From positions 320,001-384,000 of the forward strand of contig CAWCLO010000010.1 in assembly GCA_963796455.1 (NCBI GenBank): a DNA stretch of 64,000 bases, in the 5' to 3' direction. Shown here piece by piece: positions 1 through 9,431 of the stretch (positions within the stretch are counted from its first letter, which is position 1; every line of letters begins with the position of its first letter). This DNA comes from Candidatus Sulfomarinibacteraceae bacterium. GTDB taxonomy: Bacteria > Acidobacteriota > Thermoanaerobaculia > Thermoanaerobaculales > Sulfomarinibacteraceae. The notes beneath the pieces are model-generated. The model made no database searches. It saw only the letters and a list, made by a program, of their open reading frames with translations, and was not told where the DNA came from. The position numbers and the translations under genes are program-made.

Positions 1-1262
1 GTATCGGGTTGGCAATGGTCTGCGCCCAGAAAGATTATCCCCTGGTGGTGACCATGGCCGAGAATTTTTCGATCGAAAGACGCAAGATGATGCGCTTCCT
101 TGGCGCCAAGGTCGTTCTGACACCGGCGTCAGAGAAGGGCACCGGGATGCTCCGCAAAGCCGAGGAACTCGCCGAGGCCCATGGCTGGTTTCTGTGCCGC
201 CAGTTCGAAAACGAGGCCAACGCGAATGTGCATTCGTCAACCACCGCCCTGGAGATCCTCGAGGATTTTTCGGGTGACAGGCTCGACTATTGGGTTACAG
301 GATTCGGCACCGGCGGCACGATGAAGGGTGTTTCCCGGGTCCTGAAGAAGGAGCGACCAGAGACAACGATCGTTGTTTGTGAGCCTGACAACTCACCCAT
401 CCTGGGCTCTGGCATCCCTCAGGCACGCTACGACGACGGATCCATCAAAGAAAGCCACCCGTCTTTTCGCACCCACCTCATGCAGGGCTGGACGCCCGAT
501 TTCATTCCCAAACTGGCCGAGGATGCACAGGCGTCTGAGTTGCTCGATGTCTTCGTGCCCATCAAGGGGGCCGACGGACTCAAGTGCTCTCAGGACCTGG
601 CTCAGAAGGAGGGCATCTTTGTCGGGATCTCCGCCGGCGCGACCCTGGCGGGGGCGCTGCAGATCGCACAGGACGCACCCGCCGGCAGCACGATCCTGGC
701 CATGCTGCCCGACACCGGCGAGCGCTACATGTCGACTCCACTCTTCTACGACGTCTCGGAGGACATGACAGCAGACGAGATCGAAATCTCGAAATCAACC
801 CCGAGCTTTCGTTTTGATGCCAAGCCTCCCGCGGCCAAGGAAACCGAGACCGAGGAGCCCGTCGTGACCCCTGCAGCAACGGCATTCCTCGACCAGCTCA
901 TCAACGATGCCGAACAACCGGTCGTGATGTTTGCCTTCGAGTGGTGCGAGTTCTGTTGGTCTGTCCGCAAACTCTTCGCCGAGTGCGGAATCCCATACCG
1001 CTCCATCGACATCGACTCGGCCGAGTACCAGGAAAACGACTGGGGCGGTGAGGTGCGGGCGGCGCTCAACGCGCGCTTCGATGTCAAAACCATCCCGCAG
1101 GTCTTTGTTGGTGGAAAACACATCGGAGGTGCAACCGAGACCTTCGACGCATTCAATGAGGGCCAGTTGCAGAAGCTCCTCGGTCAGAGTGGAGTCGCAT
1201 ACAACCAGGCCGTATCGGTTGACCCCTACTCGCTGTTGCCGACCTGGCTCCATCCACGATAG
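1..1262 (+). CDS. cysK: Cysteine synthase (PLP-dependent) fused to a C-terminal glutaredoxin domain; 5' end truncated by the window
   Basis: CysK motifs GFGTGGT, GIFVGISAGA and LPDTGERYMSTPLF, followed by a Grx domain with CEFC, TIPQVFVGGKHIGG. Confidence 0.9.
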   Translation, partial: IGLAMVCAQKDYPLVVTMAENFSIERRKMMRFLGAKVVLTPASEKGTGMLRKAEELAEAHGWFLCRQFENEANANVHSSTTALEILEDFSGDRLDYWVTGFGTGGTMKGVSRVLKKERPETTIVVCEPDNSPILGSGIPQARYDDGSIKESHPSFRTHLMQGWTPDFIPKLAEDAQASELLDVFVPIKGADGLKCSQDLAQKEGIFVGISAGATLAGALQIAQDAPAGSTILAMLPDTGERYMSTPLFYDVSEDMTADEIEISKSTPSFRFDAKPPAAKETETEEPVVTPAATAFLDQLINDAEQPVVMFAFEWCEFCWSVRKLFAECGIPYRSIDIDSAEYQENDWGGEVRAALNARFDVKTIPQVFVGGKHIGGATETFDAFNEGQLQKLLGQSGVAYNQAVSVDPYSLLPTWLHPR

Positions 1263-1413
1263 GCAACTCGACCCGGCGAACTCGTCCGGTTGTGATATTG
1301 TGTCTCAAGAAACTCAATACACAGCAGGTGATGCGCCCGCGGTATTGCCGCCGGTTCAACGGATCCGTTCCGAGGACCGGATCTACCAACAGGGGAAAAA
1401 CAAGAAGGAGTTG

Positions 1414-1890
1414 ATGATGAAAAGAACATGGACAACGATGATGATGTGCGCGCTGGTCCTCGGATCACTCGCGACCCCGGCCTGGTCGGGCGAAGAGACC
1501 GCCAATGGAACCGTGACCTACGCCCCGGCCGCGCTCGAGACCGTGAAGACAGCGGACGGCGGCATGATGCAACGCTCTCACATCATGGGTATCGTGCTCT
1601 GCGATGACCCGTCGGCATCGATCCACCTCGCGAGCCAGGACTGCTTCGGTACCACCGTGGTCTCGGCTGACGGCACCGCTGTAGCCAACGGCTACTGTGA
1701 CGCGGTCGACGCCGAAGGTGACCGCTGGTGGATCTGGTGGCACAACAGCCCGAAGGGCAATAAATGGGGCTTCATGGGCGGCACCGGCAAGTACGAAGGC
1801 ATCAAGGGCGGCGGCACCACCACCAATCTGGTCCAGATGGAGGACGGTCGCTCGGTCGTCAACTGGGAAGGCCACTGGACGATGAAATAG
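1414..1890 (+). CDS. Secreted hypothetical protein, possible allene-oxide-cyclase/dirigent-like beta barrel
   Basis: SD AAGGAG before ATG; signal peptide ending AWS; FMGGTGKYEGIKG motif; followed by a terminator. Confidence 0.7.
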   Translation: MMKRTWTTMMMCALVLGSLATPAWSGEETANGTVTYAPAALETVKTADGGMMQRSHIMGIVLCDDPSASIHLASQDCFGTTVVSADGTAVANGYCDAVDAEGDRWWIWWHNSPKGNKWGFMGGTGKYEGIKGGGTTTNLVQMEDGRSVVNWEGHWTMK

Positions 1891-1912
1891 GGCCCGCAAA
1901 AATACCGAACTC

Positions 1913-1957
1913 ATCCGCACCGGTTGGCGCTTCAATCGCCGGTGCGGATCTTTTTTT
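1913..1957 (+). terminator. Intrinsic terminator
   Basis: ATCCGCACCGG/CCGGTGCGGAT stem followed by T7. Confidence 0.8.
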
Positions 1958-2105
1958 CTCCACCGACTTCGCGGAACACGATGACTCCGGGAACTGACTT
2001 CCGGACCATCCGGATCAACCCGTCAAGATCCTCTGCCGGTTCGAAATAAGCCGGTGGGGCGTCCGCAGCCGGGAGATGCATGGCGACGACCGTCGATGCA
2101 CCGAA

Positions 2106-2339
2106 TCATCTCCACCCAATTCGCCAACGATCGCCACATTCAAGCTCTCTCCAGTGAATTTCTCGAAGCGCATTCGTCAACACCGCCTCGATCACGAGAT
2201 GGTCGGTCGCCACACCATCAACATCACGCACCCAATCGACCACGATGAAGTGCTTTTCACGGTTCACCGGTTCAACCGCGGTCCACTTGGACTCCGGGAG
2301 CTTGTTTCGATTGACCGGATTTTTTGTCGTGGCCGTCAC
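2106..2339 (-). CDS. TIGR02450-family Trp-rich small protein
   Basis: NKLPESKWTAVEPVNREKHFIV...WRELE...WRIGW pattern; overlaps the upstream gene by 4 bp. Confidence 0.8.
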   Translation of the reverse strand: MTATTKNPVNRNKLPESKWTAVEPVNREKHFIVVDWVRDVDGVATDHLVIEAVLTNALREIHWRELECGDRWRIGWR

Positions 2340-2923
2340 AGCGAATCATTCTCCGATCCGGTCGTTCGGTAGGCGCTGATCCTGATGATATCGAGCTGGA
2401 ACGGGCCTTCCTGGCCGCTGATGATCAAACCGAAGGTTGTCATCCGAGCGGGATCGAGCGGCGGATGCTCGGGGACCCGACGACCCCGGTATACCGCTTC
2501 GAAATCGTTGAAGGGAATCCTCAGATCGACCCATCGCGAAACCGGTGGCGTGATCTGAGCCTGATAGCTGATTCCGTCGAATGCGGCATCGGTCCGGATC
2601 CGAAAACCGTATCGGCTGCCATCGCCGCGGACCCGAAGCTGTACGCCATCAAAGGCTGCACAATCAATCGGCCGGGGGCTTGATCGCACGGAGGCGAAAC
2701 CGCCGTTGTTTGCGAAGGAAACATCACCGCGGAAGACCGCGACGCCGCCGTCAATCACCATCTCGCTCCGCGAGACTCCTCCCATCACGACATCGTCGAT
2801 GCTCTTCCACGCCCTCGATCCGGCCGAAAAGTCGAAGATCTGCATTTGTTGTGAACCGGGAGCTCCGACACCTTCGAGCGTGACCAGGCCGATAAACAGC
2901 ATCGCGAGAACCCGGCCGATCAT
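2336..2923 (-). CDS. CIA30-family (complex I intermediate-associated protein 30-like) protein
   Basis: DDVVMGGVSRS, NNGGFASVRS and RVRGDG motifs. Confidence 0.9.
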   Translation of the reverse strand: MIGRVLAMLFIGLVTLEGVGAPGSQQMQIFDFSAGSRAWKSIDDVVMGGVSRSEMVIDGGVAVFRGDVSFANNGGFASVRSSPRPIDCAAFDGVQLRVRGDGSRYGFRIRTDAAFDGISYQAQITPPVSRWVDLRIPFNDFEAVYRGRRVPEHPPLDPARMTTFGLIISGQEGPFQLDIIRISAYRTTGSENDSL

Positions 2924-3969
2924 ACCCGGCCCGCTTCAGAAAATCGAGGTTTGAGCAGGGTGTGTGAGACATACCACTCCATCCCGTGCCGGTAGCCGAA
3001 GAGTTCGGAGCAGGCCATGAAAAACATTCTCCAGCGCGCGAACCAACGTTCAGCCTGATCGCCATAGGTGTCTCGAAATAGCGGTATCAACCGTTGACGG
3101 TTTGCATCCATCGCCCGAAGCCAAGCTTCGAGGGTCCGGCTGTAGTGGAGGCCATCGACGCGCCACTGATCGATCACTTCGAGGTGCCGGCCAAAACGAC
3201 GGGGGAAGTCCTCCGACGGCATGATCCCGCCGCTGAAAAAGTGCCGCGCCATCCAGTCGCTGGAGCCGGAATCGACAAAACGGTACGCATAGCGCCGGTT
3301 GCAGAAGACGTGGAGAAAAAACCTTCCCGCAGGTTCGAGCCAGTTCGAGACTCTGGAAAAGAGGCGATCCCAGTTCTGCATGTGTTCGAACATCTCCACC
3401 GAGACGATACGGTCAAAACGCCTCGCGCTCGAGAATTCGTTCATGTCAGCGGTCAGGACTTCAACCCGGTCAATTCCTCGTTCGGTACAGCGGCGGCGAA
3501 TGAACTCCGCCTGGGTGCGCGAGTTCGAAACCGCGACGACCCTGGCTCGTGGGAATTTCGCGGCAATCCAGAGCGCCATCGAGCCCCAGCCGCACCCGAG
3601 ATCGAGGACCTCCATGCCATCCATGATGCCGGCGCGATCGACGCACAGCGCGAGCATCTCCTCCTCGGCCTCAGCCAGGTCTGTGACGCCTTCGGGCCAG
3701 AGACACGACGAGTACTTGAGATGCGGGCCGAGGACGGTCTCAAAAAACTCGGCCGGCAACTCGTAGTGCTGCCGATTGGCGTCGTCGGTCGCGATCGCGA
3801 TCGGCCCCGAACTCAGCTCATCGGTGAATTGCTGCAGCCTGAGACGTGTACGCTCCATATCCGGCGCCTTTTCCGATTGCAGGCGCTGACCGATCACCAT
3901 TCGCATGAAGGCACGGACGACAGGATCAGGAATCACCCTTCGCTCTGCGAGGTCAATCGCCCACTTCAC
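2920..3969 (-). CDS. SAM-dependent methyltransferase, cyclopropane-fatty-acyl-phospholipid synthase-like
   Basis: ANRQHYELP, LKYSSCLW, LDLGCGWGS and SVEMFEHM motifs. Confidence 0.9.
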   Translation of the reverse strand: MKWAIDLAERRVIPDPVVRAFMRMVIGQRLQSEKAPDMERTRLRLQQFTDELSSGPIAIATDDANRQHYELPAEFFETVLGPHLKYSSCLWPEGVTDLAEAEEEMLALCVDRAGIMDGMEVLDLGCGWGSMALWIAAKFPRARVVAVSNSRTQAEFIRRRCTERGIDRVEVLTADMNEFSSARRFDRIVSVEMFEHMQNWDRLFSRVSNWLEPAGRFFLHVFCNRRYAYRFVDSGSSDWMARHFFSGGIMPSEDFPRRFGRHLEVIDQWRVDGLHYSRTLEAWLRAMDANRQRLIPLFRDTYGDQAERWFARWRMFFMACSELFGYRHGMEWYVSHTLLKPRFSEAGRV

Positions 3970-5309
3970 GGTCGGCCAAACCCTCGCCGTACGGATTCCG
4001 AAGACGAACCGGCGCCGGCTTCTCCGGCTCGACTGAGCTGAAGCTGGAGGTTTCCGATGTGGTGGTGATCAAAAGCGGCCTCACAGGTTGCGAGGTAGAA
4101 ATCCCAGAGCCTGATAAAACGCTCGTCGAAACCAAGCTCACGTACCCGATCGATTTGGAGCCAGAAACGGCGTCGCCAAAGGCGGAGGGTGGTCGCGTAG
4201 TGTTCCCCGATATTCTCCAGCCGATCCACCACCAACCCACTTCGCCGACTCAGCGAACCCTGAATGGCGCCGAGCGACGGCAGATGGCCACCCGGAAAAA
4301 TATATTTGCGAATCCAATCGGTGCCGCGGCGATATGCATCGTAGTTCTGATCGGGGATCGTGATGGTCTGCAACGCGATCTTGCCGCCGGGACGCAACAC
4401 ACGATCGCAGACCGAGAAGAATCCATCCAGATAGCCGTGTCCCACCGCCTCGAGCATTTCGATCGAAACGATCGCGTCGAATGAACCCTCGATGTCTCGG
4501 TAGTCCAAAAGACGGATTTCGACCAGATGGTCGAGAGCATTGTCCCGCATACGCCGGCGCGCGAAATGAGCCTGCTCCTCGGAGAGGGTCACCGCGGTGA
4601 CGCGGCACCCGAGGGTTCCAGCGGCGTATTCGGCAAAGCCACCCCACCCGCATCCGATCTCCAGGACATGGTCACCGGGTCGAAGAGCGGCCCATTGAGC
4701 GAGACGGCGATATTTGGAGGTCTGAGCCTGTTCGAGACCCGACTCAGAATCTTCGAACAGCGCCGCCGAGTAGGTCATCGAGGGGTCGAGAAAGAGTGAG
4801 TAAAAATCGTTCGAGAGATCGTAGTGAGCGTGGATGTTGCGACGCGCCTGGCCGCGGGTGTTGCTGCGAGTCAGGTGCAGCAGCCGGTCCTTTGCCCGAC
4901 CCAGGAGACCAACCAGCCGCGGCGGCGCGAGCGCTTCCTCGTTGGCCAGAAAGAGCCGGGTCAGCGCAACCAGATCCGGTGTGCTCCAGTCGCCATCGAC
5001 ATAGGATTCTCCTGCGCCGATGTCGGCACCGCGCAGGAGGCGGAGGAAAAACCGCCACCGGTGAACCACCAGCTCGGCCCGCGGGGAATCGCTCGCGCCG
5101 AATACCCGGCTCCTCCCGTCGGGCAGACGTACGGACAGCGTGCCGTCGCGCAGCTTGCCGAGGCCGGCCAGCACGAGTCGGGCGGCAAACGGAGTCCTGC
5201 CCTCGGCGTCGCGTGTTTCTTTGTTGGTCGGGCGCCCACCACCGGCGGCATGGGCATCACGTTCAATGCGGTCCCCGGGTTGGACGATACGGAAGGTGGA
5301 TTCAGCCAT
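3966..5309 (-). CDS. Cyclopropane-fatty-acyl-phospholipid synthase family methyltransferase (UfaM/CfaS-like)
   Basis: NIHAHYDLSNDFY, MTYSAA, LEIGCGWGG and IRKYIFPGG motifs; start taken at MAEST, overlapping DUF1365. Confidence 0.9.
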   Translation of the reverse strand: MAESTFRIVQPGDRIERDAHAAGGGRPTNKETRDAEGRTPFAARLVLAGLGKLRDGTLSVRLPDGRSRVFGASDSPRAELVVHRWRFFLRLLRGADIGAGESYVDGDWSTPDLVALTRLFLANEEALAPPRLVGLLGRAKDRLLHLTRSNTRGQARRNIHAHYDLSNDFYSLFLDPSMTYSAALFEDSESGLEQAQTSKYRRLAQWAALRPGDHVLEIGCGWGGFAEYAAGTLGCRVTAVTLSEEQAHFARRRMRDNALDHLVEIRLLDYRDIEGSFDAIVSIEMLEAVGHGYLDGFFSVCDRVLRPGGKIALQTITIPDQNYDAYRRGTDWIRKYIFPGGHLPSLGAIQGSLSRRSGLVVDRLENIGEHYATTLRLWRRRFWLQIDRVRELGFDERFIRLWDFYLATCEAAFDHHHIGNLQLQLSRAGEAGAGSSSESVRRGFGRP

Positions 5310-6063
5310 TGCGGGTCCTCCAGGCGCCCACCGGGGGCTCCGGTTTTGCGTAAAAGGGGGCGCGTTTGAGCCATAGGCGCAGGGCCTGGTAGTGGATGAG
5401 CGCCAGCGTGCGGAGCCCGGTGTGCGGGTGGCGCGCCACGGTCGCGACAAGGGATGAACCGGTCAGGGGCCGCCTCGTGGTCTTCAGGGTCGTGTCGAAA
5501 ACGCGTTCGCCATCCCGCAAAACATCGATATGGGCCGTCAACCGGGGCCCGGGCGGCGTGACCCGGAACCTGTAGCGACCATCGACCGGCTGGAATGGCG
5601 AGACGTGAAAAACCTTGTCCTCCTCGTGGTGGACCACTCCGCCATCGGCAGCCAGGAGATAGCAGTAGGCCTCTCCGAATGTGTTGTTGACCTCGGCTAC
5701 CACGTGGCGCAGCGAGCCGTCTTCATCCCGACAGAAAAAGAACGACACCGGGTTGAAGACGTGACCGAGCAGGCGAAGGTGGGTCAACAACGAGACCCCT
5801 GCAAAGCCCGAGGTCACACCCCGGGTGTGCAGCCAGCGTTCGAGTTTCACCCGCACGGGCTCGCGGCTGGGACCCATGTGGTCGCGATCGTCAAAACCGA
5901 CCAGGTTGAAGCGATTGTGCGAGAAGGCCCGAATTCGCGCTGCGACCTGCGGCAATTCGTCGAGATCGATCAGGGCGTGCCATACCCGGTAGGTGAACTC
6001 GTGCTGCGGCGCGCCCATGCGGCGGTGCCGGACCGTCCCGACGTACAGAGCCGAAGAAGCCAT
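5302..6063 (-). CDS. DUF1365 protein (UfaO-like)
   Basis: LYVGTVRHRR, FNPVSFFFC, AEVNNTFGE, KVFHVSPF and IHYQALRLWLK motifs. Confidence 0.9.
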   Translation of the reverse strand: MASSALYVGTVRHRRMGAPQHEFTYRVWHALIDLDELPQVAARIRAFSHNRFNLVGFDDRDHMGPSREPVRVKLERWLHTRGVTSGFAGVSLLTHLRLLGHVFNPVSFFFCRDEDGSLRHVVAEVNNTFGEAYCYLLAADGGVVHHEEDKVFHVSPFQPVDGRYRFRVTPPGPRLTAHIDVLRDGERVFDTTLKTTRRPLTGSSLVATVARHPHTGLRTLALIHYQALRLWLKRAPFYAKPEPPVGAWRTRNG

Positions 6064-7316
6064 CAGAAGGTCACGCCGAGATCGTCAGCCACCGCGATCG
6101 CCGAGTTGAGTCCGTCCTCGTGAAAGCCGTTGCCAAAGTAGGCGCCGCAGAAATGGGTCCGGTTGGCACCGTTGATACGCCGGAGATCCGGCTGGGTCGC
6201 CACGCTCTCCGCCGTGTAGACGGGATGCCGGTACTTCATGCGTCGGATCACCGATTTCTCTGTAGGCTCTGTTTCCGGGTTGAGGGTGACCAAAAAGTGG
6301 CGATCCTCATCGAGTCCCTGCAAACGGTTCAGGTAGTAACTCAACGACGCTCGGTTCTGCGGCGACGTTCCATCCTGCATCATGTAGTTCCAGGAGGCCC
6401 ACGCCGCCCTTCGGCGGGGCATCAAGGCGGTGTCGCTATGAAGCCAGGTGTCGTTGACAGAGTATTGCCACTGGCTCAGAAGGTCTTTTTCCTTGGCTGA
6501 CGGATCGGACAACATCGCGAGGGCCTGATCGGCATGGGACGCAATCACGACGTGGTCGAAGCGTTCCCTGATTCCGCCCTCGAAAGACAGCATCACCCCA
6601 CCCGAATCGCGATCGACGCGCTCGACCCCGCATCCCAGGTGGACGCGATCGGCGAAGCTCCTGGTCATCGGAGCGATATAGGAGGAGCTCCCCCCCACCA
6701 CTGTCCTCCAATCCGGTTGGCCCGTGATCTGGAGCAAACCGTGGTTGTCGAGGAAACGCAGCAATGGGTCCCGTGGGTAGGCCGATGCCAGATCGGTCCC
6801 CGATGACCAGATGGCGGACGTCATCGGAAGCAGATAGTAACGGGCAAAAGCCTCGGAGAAGCGGCCGTCGTCGAGAAATGTCGCGATGGTTGCTTCTGGA
6901 TCCCCGGCGCCTTTGAGCACCCTCTTGCCAAGCCGACCGAATCGGATCACATCCACCAACATCCGGAGAAATGTGCCGGACACGATGAGCGAGTGCCGGG
7001 CAAAGAGGCCCCTCAGGCTGTGGGAGGCGTATTCGATGTCCGGATTCCGGCAACTGACCGAAAACGACATCTCGCTGCCCATGGTCTCCACCTCGAGTTG
7101 GTCAAAAACCCGTGTCAGATTGGGATAGGTCACCTCATTGTACACGATGAATCCGGTATCGAGCGGGAGGGCACGGCCGTTTGAACTGTGGATCACGGTG
7201 TGGGTGTGGCCCCCAAGACGCGACCTTTTCTCGAAAAGATGAACATCGTGTCGTCGATCAAGCAACCAGGCCGAAGCCAGACCCGATATTCCGCTGCCGA
7301 CAACCGCGATCTTCAT
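6063..7316 (-). CDS. FAD-dependent oxidoreductase (UfaD-like)
   Basis: GSGISGL dinucleotide-binding motif; RLGGHTHT, DTGFIVYN, WASWNY and GFHEDG motifs. Confidence 0.9.
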   Translation of the reverse strand: MKIAVVGSGISGLASAWLLDRRHDVHLFEKRSRLGGHTHTVIHSSNGRALPLDTGFIVYNEVTYPNLTRVFDQLEVETMGSEMSFSVSCRNPDIEYASHSLRGLFARHSLIVSGTFLRMLVDVIRFGRLGKRVLKGAGDPEATIATFLDDGRFSEAFARYYLLPMTSAIWSSGTDLASAYPRDPLLRFLDNHGLLQITGQPDWRTVVGGSSSYIAPMTRSFADRVHLGCGVERVDRDSGGVMLSFEGGIRERFDHVVIASHADQALAMLSDPSAKEKDLLSQWQYSVNDTWLHSDTALMPRRRAAWASWNYMMQDGTSPQNRASLSYYLNRLQGLDEDRHFLVTLNPETEPTEKSVIRRMKYRHPVYTAESVATQPDLRRINGANRTHFCGAYFGNGFHEDGLNSAIAVADDLGVTF

Positions 7317-7356
7317 CGACCGGGACCTTCATCCGAAAACCGGACGGGACCGCTAC

Positions 7357-7382
7357 GACGCACGACATGAGCGGGTGATTCC
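7357..7382 (-). promoter_or_regulatory. Candidate ECF-sigma promoter of the lipid-modification operon
   Basis: Minus strand reads GGAAT-N17-CGTC about 40 nt upstream of the first gene. Confidence 0.5.
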
Positions 7383-7682
7383 TGAAATACACGCATGCCC
7401 TCAACGCAACTGGACGTTGCCACGGGAAAATTCCAGATTTCTTGACAGCCGCCACGCCTTCTCGTCAGCAATGGGCGCCTCAGATGGACAAAAACAATAA
7501 CGTGCATACCGGCTTTTCGGCCGGCGAAGCATCGAATGGAATAAACCAGGAAATATCCAGCTTCCTGCAGACGCAAGTTGATACGAGGATATCGGGGGAA
7601 TCTTGACCAATACGCCGACCCATGCAAACCAGACGCGGACCCGGCGATCCGATCGTCGGAACACTCACGCTGCGATCAATCG

Positions 7683-8552
7683 ATGAACAGAGACACGGTC
7701 GTTTTTGTCGCGGGCTCGATTGTCGCGAGCATACTGCTGTTGGCGAGCGACCGGTTTTTCGCGGCGGGACTTGTTGCCTCCATCGCGGTCTTTTCAGCAC
7801 TCTGGCTGGTCAGCCTGGTTCTTCGAGACGCCAGCATCGTCGATATTTTCTGGGGACCCGGATTTGCCGGAATCGGCGCCTTCTACGCACTGAATCTACC
7901 CGGAGGGCCGACGCTTCGGGGTCTTGTGGTGCTTGCCCTGGTGACGATCTGGGGCATTCGCCTCGGACTCTATATCGGAACCCGCAACGCCGGGTCCGGT
8001 GAGGACTCCCGGTATCGGCAATGGCGAGAGGAAGCCGGCCCCGATTTCTGGTGGATCTCGTATTTCAAGGTCTTCCTCCTCCAGGCGGTCATTTTGTGGA
8101 TTGTCTCGTCACCGCTGTTGCTGGCGCACGGTGGCGACGCCGGGCGGTCTCTCGGTGTATTCGAACTTCTCGGTACCGGCCTCTGGCTCGTGGGTTTCCT
8201 TTTTGAGTCCATCGCCGACCACCAGCTTCTTCTCTTCAAGCGCAATCCGGCCAACCGTGGGCAGGTCATGCGGAAGGGTCTCTGGGGATTTTCACGACAC
8301 CCAAACTACTTCGGTGAAACCGTTCTGTGGTGGGGCATCGGACTCATCGCCTTTCCCGCAGGTGGCTGGCTCTCGTTCCTCGGACCGCTTTTGATCACCT
8401 TCTTGTTGCTCAGAATCTCGGGAGTGACCCTGCTGGAAAAAGCCCTGGTGGAAAGCCGCCCAGGATACGCCGAGTATGTCCGTTCGACGCCAGCTTTCTT
8501 CCCCTGGCCGCGAAAATCGGCCAACATTCCGCCTCCTTCTCACGACGAGTGA
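7683..8552 (+). CDS. DUF1295 membrane protein (steroid 5-alpha-reductase-like)
   Basis: DASIVDIFWG, EDSRY, GLWGFSRHPNYFGE motifs; several TM segments. Confidence 0.9.
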   Translation: MNRDTVVFVAGSIVASILLLASDRFFAAGLVASIAVFSALWLVSLVLRDASIVDIFWGPGFAGIGAFYALNLPGGPTLRGLVVLALVTIWGIRLGLYIGTRNAGSGEDSRYRQWREEAGPDFWWISYFKVFLLQAVILWIVSSPLLLAHGGDAGRSLGVFELLGTGLWLVGFLFESIADHQLLLFKRNPANRGQVMRKGLWGFSRHPNYFGETVLWWGIGLIAFPAGGWLSFLGPLLITFLLLRISGVTLLEKALVESRPGYAEYVRSTPAFFPWPRKSANIPPPSHDE

Positions 8553-8680
8553 CGAGCGCGACCGACACCCCACAAACGGGGATGGCTCGAGTTTCGCCAT
8601 CCGTGAAGATGGCTCGAACGTCCGGCTTTTTGATCGACTGACCCTCGGCCTCATTCCCTGCCGATCGCAGGCAACCGCGA

Positions 8681-8746
8681 GAAATTTAGAATTTTTCTAT
8701 ATTTTTTAGAAAAAACCTTGACAAACAATAGATAAAACCCTATCTT
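8681..8746 (+). promoter_or_regulatory. Sigma70 promoter overlapped by five 11-bp-phased TnnAnA repeats (CarH/LitR-like operator candidate)
   Basis: TTGACA (8718-8723), 17 nt, TATCTT (8741-8746); hexamers TTTAGA, TCTATA, TAGAAA, TTGACA, TAGATA start at 8685, 8696, 8707, 8718, 8729. Confidence 0.6.
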
Positions 8747-8764
8747 TGTTCTCAGGAGGTCGAT

Positions 8765-9412
8765 ATGAGTCACGACAACAACACCACAGCATGGGATTTC
8801 ACCTCGGGAACGCTGCCGTACCACGATCAGCTTTACAAGACCGCTCTGAGGATGACGCGTTCGGTGCCGGACACTGAAGACCTGCTCCAGGAAACCTATC
8901 TCAAGGCCTATCGGTACTACTCGGGCTTCGAGGAGGGCACCAACCTCAAGGCATGGCTGTTTCGAATCATGAAGAACAACTTCATCAACGGCTATCGCAA
9001 ACGCAAGGTACAACCCCAGCATGTCGAACTCGACGAGCTTAGAGACGCTGCCGACGAAACCTGGGAACACCAGCTATCGTCCGCCAATTCGCTCGACGAG
9101 CCGTCGCAGATGCATGGCGAGCTCGACGAGAACCTCGCGCGCGCCATCAACACCTTGTCGCACGATTACAAGATGGCGTTGCTCCTCATCGATATTCAGG
9201 GCCACACCTACCAAGAGGTTGCCGACCTCCTGGCGGTTCCCGTGGGCACCGTCATGTCGCGCCTGTACCGGGGCCGCAAAAAGATCGAAAAGGCGCTGCT
9301 CACCTACGGCGCCAAATACAACTATCTCCGGCAGGCGCCGCGCAAGAGCCGCGACACCGACATCGACCACGGGGGTTTCTTCGAAGCAAAGGCCGCTCTT
9401 TCCGCCGGCTGA
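8765..9412 (+). CDS. ECF RNA polymerase sigma factor, SigH/SigR-like
   Basis: [24 protein letters not shown] and [13 protein letters not shown] motifs; SD AGGAGG. Confidence 0.92.
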   Translation: MSHDNNTTAWDFTSGTLPYHDQLYKTALRMTRSVPDTEDLLQETYLKAYRYYSGFEEGTNLKAWLFRIMKNNFINGYRKRKVQPQHVELDELRDAADETWEHQLSSANSLDEPSQMHGELDENLARAINTLSHDYKMALLLIDIQGHTYQEVADLLAVPVGTVMSRLYRGRKKIEKALLTYGAKYNYLRQAPRKSRDTDIDHGGFFEAKAALSAG

Positions 9413-9431
9413 TTTCCATCCCGTTTGAAAG

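Noticed and set aside
940..960. Possible selenocysteine in the glutaredoxin CxxC, given selA
   Set aside because: The codons are TGC and TGT. No in-frame TGA read-through candidate was recognised here or elsewhere in the window.
1965..2007. Three imperfect GACT(T/C)C..GGA(A/C)C direct repeats
   Set aside because: Short, irregularly spaced and located between convergent 3' ends; not distinguishable from chance.
7425..7500. TTGACA/TGGACA hexamers as a second CarH-type operator
   Set aside because: They are not in 11-bp phase and no matching -10 was found.
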